A stretch of 48,486 nt of DNA, from the NCBI RefSeq assembly GCF_001194135.2, contig NC_068992.1, positions 21,058,729-21,107,214 on the forward strand, read 5' to 3'. Positions 37,697 through 48,486 of the stretch are shown here, piece by piece. A program made the translations under genes and the position numbers. This DNA is from Octopus bimaculoides (lineage: Eukaryota). A model generated the notes under the pieces. It was not told the DNA's origin, did not search any database, and was given only the letters and a program-made list of their open reading frames with translations. How positions within the stretch are numbered: position 1 is the first letter of the stretch; every line of letters begins with the position of its first letter.

Positions 37697-38225
37697 ATTA
37701 CTGTTGTTTTTGTTGTCGTTGTTGTTACCTTCGTACAGAGAAGTTCCAATTAATTATTAGTCGATTCTATTGACGGTTTCTTCCCCATTAATTTCAAGAA
37801 GCACCACAATCATAGGAATGAATATTATCATTAACTATTACTACTAGTACTACAATAACAGCAACAACAACTTCTACTACTACTACAACAACCATAACTA
37901 GTGCTGCTGCTTATATTAATGTTGTTTCTTAATTGAAGAAGCGGTACTATTTTATGTGTATTGATGTATTACTTCTCAAATAATTTTCTCGCAGTTTTGC
38001 TTTATTTCTCCAGCCATTTCTGTGTTTAGTCCTATATAATTTCAGCATTCTCCTATATTTTCAAAAGTTACTTCTTTCTCCTGCTTTTTACACCATATTT
38101 CTCTTTCTGCAACTTCTGACTTCTTCATTATCACTTTTGACTAAAATTACATAATTATTTTCATTCTTTCTCCATGTATTATCACTTGTTATTGTTGAAA
38201 TTCTTCTTGATGTTATTATTATTGC

Positions 38226-38270
<45 letters not shown>

Positions 38271-38879
38271 AATTAAGGACCACTAACCTCTTCACAATTG
38301 TATTTTAACTCACTGTTCATAGCCCTGGATTCTATCAGAGTAGCGGCATTAAACTATGTTTCCATCGATTTTCTCTTGGGTAATCTTCGAAGAATTTCAA
38401 TGTCTGCTCTTACATGGTTCAGATGGACATAATTTTTTTTGTGGATAGCTTATTTCTCTTTTGTCCTAAATACGTGTAAAATACCTACGAAATATACTGG
38501 AGATGCGCCTCAAATAAAGATAAATAAGACTGCGATGACCAAACACAAGAAATAAAGAAGAAGTATTATAATTCCCGTTTAAAATGGAAAAAATGGCAAG
38601 TTTTTTTTCCGTTGGCAATGGCAATCATTTGAACCATCTTATGATATTTTGCAACAACAGCAATAACACTATTCACACATGCATACATGAAATCTCTCAA
38701 ACCCGAATATTGTAAACGATAGTACCAGTCAAAGATCACACCTCTTAGGTCACAAATTTGTGGAAGATTGTCATTGCACAAAAAGTACAAATAAAGACAT
38801 CAACCAAATTGTGTTTAGAATTCTACGAGGAAGCACAGACTGCAGTAGGAGAATGCTGCAGAAGGATTCGTCTAAAACA

Positions 38880-39540
38880 GATACGTATTTATCCTAAATG
38901 TGGATTCCGCATGTAGATATCTTTCGCATGATGAAACATTGCCTGCTTCTTATCCGCCACGCCATGAGCTCAAACGATATCGAAAATATTATATAATGTT
39001 GGAGGTGCAATTGCTTATCCCTCTCCAGGTTTTTCCTTTCGTTTCAAGCAGACACTAGAAGAAATTACAAACCCAGTTCTTTTCAAACAAGAGACGTTGA
39101 GCATCTTTTTAGCGATTCATAAGTCCCAAAGGATACAGTGGAGTTTCTCGCTTCTCGTTTAAAACAGAGTCATATACTTAAAGAAACTGTGATTGTGAAT
39201 TACTATCGAAAGCGAAATTCTGATTTAGTAGTTTATTCGAAAATGGATGGTCCTCAGTTTTATTGTCATGACATTAATGGACTTTCTGATATTTATTTGA
39301 AAGTCATCATGCAAGTGAATGTCGACGTTTTATTGATTCGTCACTACTATTTTATTGCATAATAGAAATTTCAAACTATCTATTCAGTGCATTTAAAAAT
39401 CTTAGGTTAACAGACATTCTTTCAAATGAACTGAATACAACGATCACCAAGGGAATCGTACTGGATATCTTAATTTTCTCTGTTATGGACATGCAAGGAG
39501 AATTCAACCAGCGTTACTGCTTTCTCGGTGTTTTAGATTA
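38880..39540 (+). pseudogene. Chapaev3-like (CMC superfamily) DNA transposase fossil
   Basis: WIPHV, EFLASRLKQSHILKETVIVNYYRKRNSDLVVY...FYCHDINGL, ECRRFIDSS and DMQGEFNQRYCFLGVLD match the ELLASRLK / WRLFIDSS / GMQGGFTKYCCFLCLWD motif series. The superfamily name is from memory. Confidence 0.6.
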
Positions 39541-40244
39541 TTATAATAGAAAATAACAAACACATAGGTTATCATATATTCGCGGAAGAAATAACATTTA
39601 CTCAGGTCCTTTAGGTGACATAAAGAAAATATTTTGCCACCCCTTGTCATTACCCCGATTTAATGAGCATACAAAATAATGGCTTGAAACTGTTTAAATA
39701 CACTTTAGGTCCTATATGATAAGTTTCCTCCCGCCCTATCAATTTCCATAATCTTTAATACACAAAACCATTCTTCCCTGAACATGCGCTGCTGAAACAA
39801 GGTTGCATCTTATGTTTCCGTTCGTCTATTATGCCATCAAATACGGTAATTCTCAACGTTATATTTAGAAAAATTCAAGGTAACTCTAGTTCCACTCAGT
39901 AATCCATGAGTTACTGAATAATAAAACTTTACATAAAGTACCCACAACACCTGAACTACAAACTTGTTATAGTTTCAAATAAGATTGTGCAGACTTCTTT
40001 AGAAATTACAGTTCATATTTAAACGGAATAAAGAACTAATAGAACATTTAAAAGCTATGGGTTGTCTCAAATTGGCTAATTTACATATGTTAAAGTTTCG
40101 CGCAGGTAGTCGCAGGGATCAGAACTATATAAATCTATAAAATGTTGCTATCAAGGATTTTCGAATAAAACAATTTCTATTGATTGTTATATTGAGATTT
40201 TATGCCAATTACATTTACAAAGAAAACATCCGATTCAGAACACA

Positions 40245-40671
40245 TTTATTACACATATGTAAGATTATACTTTAGTCCCTAGTAAGAACGAATACCCTAC
40301 AAATTGAGAGAATATCCCCGAGAACTACGTTAAGGGTACACGTGTCTGTGGAGTGCTCAGCCTCTTTCACGTTAATTTCACGAGCAGGCTGTTCCGTTGA
40401 TCGGTCAACTGGAACCCTCGACGTCGTAAGCGACAAAGTGCCAACCTTTCTCCTCTTTATTACAGATATGTAAGATTATATATTAGTCCCTAGTGAGAAC
40501 GAATACCTTACAAAATGAGAGAATATCCACGAGAACTACGTTAAGGGTATACGGTTCTGTGGAGTGCTCAGCCACTTGCACGTTAATTTCACGAGTAGGC
40601 TGTTCCGTCGATCAGGTCAACTGGAAGCCTCGACGTCGTAAGCGACGAAGTGCCAACCTTTGTCCTCTTTA
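40245..40671 (+). repeat. Tandem duplication (211-bp period) containing SINE family B 3' fragments
   Basis: Units start at 40245 and 40456 (tttattaca.atatgtaagattata...). Each holds unique flank plus gagaactacgttaagggta...gtgccaac. Confidence 0.9.
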
Positions 40672-40936
40672 AATTTTGCTTTCATTACACACTTCTCAGC
40701 TTTGATGACGCCGGCCTACTTCGCATATGTCTGAAAATGTTCCACGACATTTTTTTACAAACCACCGTAAGCTGTTTCCCTCTGTTGTGGCATAATCCTT
40801 TCAAGTAATCAAATTTCTCTGACCCTTTCTTCTGGAGAAGTACTGTCTATCGGTGTCACTCTTAACGTGGAAGCATCAGTGTACTGTCAACATTTTTCTT
40901 GTCTTTGTATCCATTTTCACCAGTTCATATGCCTAC

Positions 40937-41207
40937 GGGCATATGGCATGGTGGTTAAGAGCGCGGGCTACGAACCCTAAGATTCCGAGTTCGATTCCAG
41001 GCAGTGACCTGGATAATAATAATAATAACAATTATTATTATTATTATAATAGGAACAACAACAGCATCGAAAAATACTTTAGGAATGAGAACCCGGGTTC
41101 GAAATTTCCCCAAGACACCTGATGAAGCCTGGAGGGTATACCAGCCGAAACGTTGTGCTAACAAAAAACAAAATGAGGACAAATATCAGTCAAATGTAAA
41201 TAATGTA
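40937..41207 (+). mobile_element. Family E element: tRNA-like head + (TAA)n + hammerhead tail, most complete copy
   Basis: A-box-like tggcatggtgg (40944-40954), B-box gagttcgattcc (40987-40998), (TAA)n, body, hammerhead at 41114-41159 and tail aaatgtaaataatgta. Confidence 0.88.
41114..41159 (+). ncRNA. Minimal type-I hammerhead ribozyme motif (family E)
   Basis: GACAC-CUGAUGA-A-GCCUGG[AGGGUAUA]CCAGCC-GAAA-C-GUU-GUGCU. Canonical CUGAUGA/GAAA core, GUU triplet and palindromic AACGUU. There is one C.C mismatch in helix II and 3 contiguous bp in helix I. Confidence 0.72.
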
Positions 41208-42084
41208 GTTATTTCTTTTACCATATTATAATTCCAGCGCTCCATACCGAAGTGATGTTATCGCTCATGTATTAACTGCTTGGATTTTATTATTCTATCC
41301 GGTCAGTTTTGAGCGCAACGTCGATCTTAGTCTTCGGAAATATTCCATTCCAAACATTATCATCATCATCGTCATCATCATCATCATCATCATAAAACTA
41401 CATCTTAACACAGTTGATGTTGCTCCAATGTTACAATTAACACTAAGGTTAGAAACAAACAACGGAAACATGAATATTAGGAAATCGTATTCACCTTCAG
41501 TTCCAAGCAGCCTTGAACATTCCAATCATGGCGTTATTTTTCCTATACATGTTTCACTTCCAGTTACATTCTGGTTTGTCAAGGTATCGCTAACATAAGC
41601 TTTCTGTGCTCCATTCAATGAGCTAGGTAAACGAAAATTGAAATTAGCTGTTATACAGTAGAATTCCTACAAATATTCATTAATACATGATATTATGTGC
41701 TGCTCTTATTCAGAATGGAATTTCATTTTCTCTTATTTTCATACAATAATAATGCATTAATAATCAAAGCTTATCGGAACAGCAAAGTGCTCGGAATTAA
41801 TGATGTATGCTATCCCAGATGTATAAAATAATATTCAAAGCCACTACATAGAAATGTTGTAATTTCTTAAGTCTCTTCTACAAGCTATTCGCAGCATATT
41901 CAATATTTTCGATGCCGTTCTATTTATTTATTAATATAAATGTACATATTTTCAGTATTCATAATTTTACCAGTCGGTGCATAAACACAATGCCATGAAT
42001 GACTTGACATAATTAATTGATGTTATTCTTCCTAATATTCATCCACTGTATTACAAATGTCAATTTGCAATAACTCAACATTCA

Positions 42085-42520
<436 letters not shown>

Positions 42521-42680
42521 ATAATAATAATAATAATAATAATAATGACAACAACAACGACGATGATGACGACGATGATAGTAATAATGATTATGACGAT
42601 GGCAGCGGTGGTACTGGTGATGATGATGATGATGATGATGATGACGACGACGACGACAACGACGACGATGAAAATAACAA
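42521..42680. repeat. Compound (TAA)n/(GAT,GAC)n microsatellite
   Basis: Directly visible tandem repeats. Confidence 0.9.
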
Positions 42681-42689
42681 TAATCATTC

Positions 42690-42830
42690 CTACTATAGGG
42701 ACAGGCGCTAAAATTTGCTGGGAGGAGTTAAGTACTCAAATGGTACTTATTTTATCGACCTCGGAAGGATAGAGAGAAAAGTCGTCCCCGACGAAATTTG
42801 AACTAAGTACGTAAGGACGGACAAGAGCGC
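42690..42830 (-). mobile_element. Degenerate SINE family C
   Basis: ggtacttattttatcgacctcggaaggat...gaaatttgaactaagtacgtaaggacggac. Confidence 0.65.
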
Positions 42831-42907
42831 GCTTCCAACTCGCAATCTTACTACTACTACTACTACTACTACTAATAATAATAATAATAATAATAATTAT
42901 GATGATA

Positions 42908-42938
<31 letters not shown>

Positions 42939-42941
42939 TGA

Positions 42942-43032
42942 CATTCTTTTACACGTTTCAGTCAATAGATTGCGGCCATCCTGGAGCACACCATCTTGGA
43001 GAATTTTAACCTAACGTATCGACGTCAGTACT
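42942..43032 (-). mobile_element. SINE family A 3' fragment
   Basis: cattcttttacacgtttcagtcaatagattgcggccatcctggagcac. Confidence 0.65.
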
Positions 43033-43809
43033 GCGAATATATTGTAGGAGAAATATTCTACGAACGTGATTCTAAGAGAAGGAAATATACTTAGACATTC
43101 GAACAAATATCACAAATCGAGGAACAAAGTAAAGGGTTCTCAATTATATAAAAAAAAGTGATGCTCTGTGAAATAGACGGTATTGTATATATTGTGGGAT
43201 TATTATAATGAATGAATGGGAAAAAGATGTTAAAATTTTCTATACAGAAGATGTTAACTGATTTCTTAATTAAATGTAATTGAGAAAAGGTGTTTTCTGC
43301 TTTTAGTTTAGGCGCATTACAATATACTTTAGTTAAATACTTGCAGCTTAGCATTTGCATCAGATTCGAACACATAGCACTTGTAATTTCGACAATAAGG
43401 TCCAATGCATTAACCGAATGAAACCGTTTCATTCTCGGTAAATTTTACTCGTCACTATTCGATTAAAACTCCAAAATAATTATTTTCACAGCTTGTGTTT
43501 ACGCATTGAAATACAACAATAAGGAGAAAAATTCGACCATGTTATTTGTGGGCAATTCATACAAGCATAGAATAAAAACAGATGAAAACTGCGCTTCCTT
43601 AAGTCGTAGACACATTTGAGCAACAAAAACTTCGTTTTGCGTATTAAAATCTTCTTCACCGTTTGATAAATTTGAAGATTACAACGCCTACAACACTACA
43701 ATAGATGCTGTCGATTACATATGTTTAACAAGCAAGAATACAACGATATAGAGATAACTATTGCTGTCATGAAAATAGCAAGAAGAAGACTATAAATATT
43801 ATATCACAA

Positions 43810-43960
43810 TTCTAAGAGACTGCGACAGATACAGTGAACCTCGGGCTGTAAGTACTTATGTATATCGAGAGGAACGTATCAAAGATTCATTCGTTTCCGG
43901 AATCTTCTCTCGCAGTATTCCACAATGATTTCTTGACAACTCTTCATTGAATTTGGAATA
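43810..43960 (+). pseudogene. Gypsy LTR-retrotransposon gag fragment
   Basis: RDCD...RAVSTYVYREERIKDSFVSGIFSRSIPQ*FLDNSSLNLE resembles the IRDAFISGL...IRQRLLE motif of gypsy Gag. Confidence 0.5.
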
Positions 43961-44704
43961 AGTAATCACCTGATTTTGTTTACAGGAAACTGCTCATACA
44001 AATATAATCGCTGACTAATGATATTCCCTCCTTCTAACGTCCTACCGGAACTAAATGAATAACGACAACACGTTTATTTTTTTAAGAAGAAAAAATACTA
44101 TAGACAGAAATGTTTTTTTTATGTTTGTTTCACATGAGATCCCTGTATTTATCCCATCAAAATCGGCGCTTTCTAAAAGTAATATGGTTGGACATACTTA
44201 ACGAGTATGAAAGCCATCAAGGACACGCGAAATGAAAGGACCTGAACAGGATAATATTGGAAGTTATATGGCTAGTCAATCAAATCCTGGTTTCACTGAA
44301 TATCCCTTCGTTTTTATTTGGTGCTATCTCGAGAAGAATTCAAACGAAACTAACGCTGGATCCACCTATGGATTTTACGTTGATTAGTGTTGCAGTGATA
44401 CGATAAGAAGTAGGGCTAACCCAAACATTTGAGTTAGAATAAATCCAGGTTCCAGCTGATATTGAAGCGAAAACTATAATTCCACCACTTCAAGTTCCTC
44501 GTCGCCCAACAAGATTTTGGAGTGCAACAGAAACTTTATTAACGTGACATTGACTGCTACGTCATCATTACTGTTACTTGTGGTCCGTGTACATTTTGAA
44601 ATATTCCCTTCAAGTTTTTCAGTCAGCCCTCAAATTAGGTTGGAGGATAACACGTTACATTTGTGATTCGAAAAAGTAAAATTAAACACTTTGTCATAAT
44701 CATT

Positions 44705-44903
44705 TTTACTATAAGCACAAGGCCTAAAATCTGGGGGAGCTGGGACTAGGCCATTCCATTGATCCCAGTGTTTCACTGGTATTTAATTTATCGACCACAA
44801 AGAATAAAAGAAAAAGTCGACCTTGGTGGAATTTGAACTCATAGCGTAGCGACGGGCGAAATACCGCTACGCTTTTCGTCCAGCTAACAATTCTGCCAGC
44901 AAT
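44705..44903 (-). mobile_element. SINE family C (C1 tail)
   Basis: aagcacaaggcctaaaatctggggg...aatttatcgacc...gaatttgaactc...ttctgccagctcaccg, with an internal 12-bp duplication aattctgccagc. Confidence 0.85.
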
Positions 44904-45061
44904 TCTGCCAGCTCACCGACTTTAGACTTCGTCATGATAAAATGGTTGCAATCTTGCCACGACTTTCTCATGGCAATACTCATGTGAATACAAATATCTT
45001 GTTCCATAAAGAAACGCCATCCATGAGTTTATATTAACCTCTTATTAGAGTGAAGGTGAGT

Positions 45062-45320
45062 GGTGGCGTAACGTATTGGTTAGAGTTTTGCATTCAGTAT
45101 AGTTAGATCGTAGGTTTGATTCCCGGACCAAAACTGCTCGTTCTGTTCCGGAGCAAAATACTTCATCTCACAACGCTCTAATCCACTCAGTTTAACCGCG
45201 TAATCCTGCAACAGATTAACCTTCTAATCAATGTGAATGTTGGCCCTCTCGCCTAACCAACCGGGTGGCGTCATGCGAAAGCTTTAAAACAAGGCAAAGC
45301 GCATTGTGACTAGCGCTACA
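45062..45320 (+). mobile_element. Old tRNA-derived SINE-like element (separate family)
   Basis: Degenerate A box (ggcgtaacgtattggttag) and B box (ggtttgattccc), CORE-like gagcaaaatacttcatctcac and tail gcgcattgtgactagcg. Confidence 0.45.
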
Positions 45321-45478
45321 ACTTCGGACAGTGTGGTCGATCGCCTTATCACGTGAACTAATTGTTAATAGTCAACCAACTTTCATTGAAGGATTATTGA
45401 GAAAAATATACCCACTTTATTTGAATCTTGAAAACGTTATTTTATTTATTTTTATAAAAAAAATATTCTAACGCCTAA

Positions 45479-45711
45479 GGACGGTGAGCTGGTAGAATCG
45501 CTAGAACACCGGACGAAATGCTTAGCGGTATTTTGTCTGCCGTTACGTTTTGAGTTCAAATTCCGCCGAAGACAATTTTACCTTTCGTCCATTTGATGTT
45601 TGATTAAATAAGTACCAGTTACGCACTGAGGTCGATGTAATTAGCTTAATTCTTTTCTATGTCCTTGTTTGTTCCCTCTATGTTTAGCCCACTGTGGGTA
45701 ATATAGAAATG
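45479..45711 (+). mobile_element. SINE family C (C2 tail) with degenerate 17-bp TSD
   Basis: Flanks are aatattctaacgcctaa (45462-45478) and aatattttaacacctaa (45712-45728). Tail gtccttgtttgttccctctatgtttagccc...gggtaatatagaaat. Confidence 0.88.
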
Positions 45712-46139
45712 AATATTTTAACACCTAAAGGAGAAAGCAGGTTGTATTTCTCTTGTAAGATTTACAATTAGTGACAACAGTAGCATCAAATAAAAACAGG
45801 TAAAAATTAGAAAAGCCACAAAACTTTGGAAATATATCGAAAGGAATGCTTCACTTCCGTTTTCATTACCATTCATTCTCCTTTCAATGAAATTATAGAC
45901 CATATTATGAAAACAGACAGATACAATGTTTGAAACAACGAAACATCCATTTTTGAAGAGTCGAGGCAGGAATATGTGAGAGACGATGAATGAGAAACTT
46001 ATATGTTGTTGTTTTTTATTGTAAACGTTGCTGTTCACCTGATACACCACGATGTTTCTAAGGTAGATGTTTCATAAACTCCACACAAGTAATAGATTGG
46101 TGAACACTTATTCTATTTTGCAATTGCGTAGTAAGAGAA

Positions 46140-46354
46140 AGGAGGCGAGCTGGCAGAAACGTTATTACGCCGGGCGTATTGCTTAGCGATATTTCGCCTA
46201 CATTTACGTTCTGAGTTCAAATTCCGCCGACATCGACTTTGCCTTTCATCCTTTCCAGGTTTGATAAATTAAGTACCAGTTACGTACTGCGCTCGATCTA
46301 ATCGACTGGCTCCCTCCCCAAAAAGTTCGGGCCCTGTGCCTAGAGTAGAAAAGA
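46140..46354 (+). mobile_element. SINE family C (C1 tail), full length
   Basis: ggcgagctggcagaaacgtt...gagttcaaattccgccga...gataaattaagtaccagtt...gtgcctagagtagaaaaga. Confidence 0.92.
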
Positions 46355-46794
46355 TGGTCGCTGTTCTGCGTTGATATATGGTGAATGGTTAAAGCGTACT
46401 TTCACAAAGGATATATTGTAAGCGTGAGGGGAAAATACATACTGATAGATCTAGTGTATCAATGATATCACGTGATCACGTGAGCGACCAGACTAACAGA
46501 TGTTGCTACACATCGCAGGAATATAGGCTGTGCAAAACAGAATTAGATATGAATAACGGTTGCTGCAGTAGGATAAGATTGACATGAAACAGAAAATTGT
46601 GAGCTTGTGGTTGAAATATATGGCTTGTTAAATCATAAAGCATTTTCTGAATGGCATATTTGTGGGAAGGGGAGTAAAGTATAGCCTTATCGAACTGTTA
46701 TGCGAGCGGCAGCAATGTCGAGCCAACTAATTTGTCATCAGCCCGGTATAAGTCTAAATTAGGCTTTGTAGAGAACATACTTGTTTTAGTAATT

Positions 46795-47163
46795 AGATTG
46801 AAGCCATACTGTGCCAGCGTTTCGAAGAATTTTAGTCGAACGAATCGACCCTTAGTATTTATTATTTTTAATCCCGGTACATATTCTATCGGACTCTTTT
46901 GTTGAACTGCTAGATTACGCGGATGTAAACAAACCTACACGAATTGTCAAGTGGTGGCGCAGGACAAACTCAGACACAAAGACACACACATATGTACGAC
47001 GGGCTTCATTCAGTTTAATTCAACCAAATCCACTTAGAAAACTTTGCTCGGCTGGAAGCTATAGTAGAAGGCCTGTAGACATTTGCCAAAGGTGCCATGT
47101 AGTAAGACTGAACCCGGAACCATGTGGTTGAGGAGCAAACATCTTACCACACACTTACGCCTG
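46795..47163 (-). mobile_element. SINE family A, diverged
   Basis: tttagtcgaacgaatcgacc...acgacgggcttc...gactgaacccggaaccatgtggttg...cttaccacacac. Confidence 0.85.
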
Positions 47164-47206
47164 AATATGAAGTAATTATGATTTATATTGGTTTATTGGT
47201 TTACTG

Positions 47207-47602
47207 TGGAGGCGCAATGGCTCAGCAGTTAGGGCAGTGGACTCGCGGTCATAGGATCGCGGTTTCGATTCCCAGACCGGGCGTTGTGAGTGTTTATTGA
47301 GCGAAAACACCTAAAAGCCCCACGAGGCTCCGGCAGGGGATGGTGACGAATTCTGCTGTACTCTTTCACCACAACTTTCTCTCACGCTTACTTCCTGTTT
47401 CTGTTGTGCCTGTAATTCAAAGGGTTAGCCTTGTCACACTGCGTTACGCTGAATATCTCCGAGAACTACGTTAAGGGTACACGTGTCTGTGGAGTGCTCA
47501 GCCACTTGCACGTTAATTTCACGAGCAGGCTGTTCCGTTCATCGGATCAACTGGAACTCTCGGCATCGTAATCGACGGAGTGCCAACAACAACAACAACA
47601 AC
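47207..47602 (+). mobile_element. SINE family B, full length, with perfect 10-bp TSD
   Basis: TSD tggtttactg at 47197-47206 and 47603-47612. tRNA-like head and (CAA)n tail. Confidence 0.93.
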
Positions 47603-48438
47603 TGGTTTACTGAAGTCCTGTTTAACATGTAGAGGTTAACGTTTTCCCTTTATTCATAAATAGAATTAAATGTAATGTTAATGCTAACATTGTTGCCCAA
47701 AGTAGAGCATGTGGAATGACGACTCGAACTAAAGAACTGTTTGTTCAAATCTCTCTTAGTAATTATATCATAGGTTGCGAGCGTGGTAAAGCAGGTAATG
47801 GCTATGAAACGTTATTGCTTCATTCTATTACACAACTCTATTTGCTTACACATGTATACATTTCAACCTGTTTGTAAAATCCAATATTGATTTGCATTTT
47901 AAAATATGAATAACGAAGACACAATGCTTGTGCTATATTTCACAGTAACGGCAATATTTCTTTTCCAACTATCACACAGCAATATATATATAATCTCTAA
48001 ATACGGGGATCAAGCAAAAGCTAATGAATTTATTTCACAGTGGATATGTTCCTTAATACCTTTTCTAGTAATAGATTATATAATTTGTCTAATAAATTTA
48101 TATAAAAGAGGTAGTATTCAATTCGAAGTAGTTATACTGTGGAGAGGATATGCATATACAAGTAATAATATAATTATAGTCTAACTTCACCATATTGCTT
48201 CTTTCCACTGTCCTTCCTTCAACATACATCTAACTTTCTCTTTCTCTGCATGTACATCATTAAATTAGAGGGAGGGAGATGAGGAGGAATGTGAACTACT
48301 GCCAGCGAGCTATGTATCAGAAGTGGCGAACTGGTATTTCTTTAGTGATTAGGTGAATATTCAACACAACTGTCCAACGAATGGGAACGTCAAACTCTGA
48401 GTAACAGATTTGTGATAATTTTGCAGCTTTAATAAAAT

Positions 48439-48486
<48 letters not shown>

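Noticed and set aside
40937-41012. Possible true tRNA gene (also the heads at 13145 and 47207)
   Set aside because: The acceptor stem pairs poorly and the cloverleaf is incomplete. Each head is fused to a repeated body with no oligo-T terminator, so these are SINE heads.

Overview
AT-rich, repeat-dense eukaryotic DNA from a draft assembly (8 N-gaps, about 2.6 kb, each next to microsatellites). The SINE families match, from memory, those of Octopus (cephalopod); this is recognition by eye, not a database result. I found no host protein-coding exon, tRNA/rRNA gene or CRISPR array, and most long ORFs in the track are microsatellite or N artefacts. The window holds more than 20 tRNA-derived SINE copies from at least four families (my labels A, B, C, E) and decayed DNA transposons (pogo-like, DD37D maT, mariner, a mariner MITE, Chapaev3-like). 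It also holds decayed retroelements (RTE-like, R4/Dong-like, a Penelope-like RT, gypsy gag). The most interesting signal is five minimal type-I hammerhead ribozyme motifs of the Penelope pseudo-LTR kind, in two families. Family E is a non-coding element of about 270 bp that joins a tRNA-like Pol III head to a hammerhead and shows 5' inversions, so it is a candidate Penelope-mobilised ribozyme SINE. The second family has a non-canonical CUG-U-N-GA core in both copies, and one copy lies beside a Penelope-like RT fossil. Ribozyme activity, mobilisation partner and novelty are inferences that need testing.
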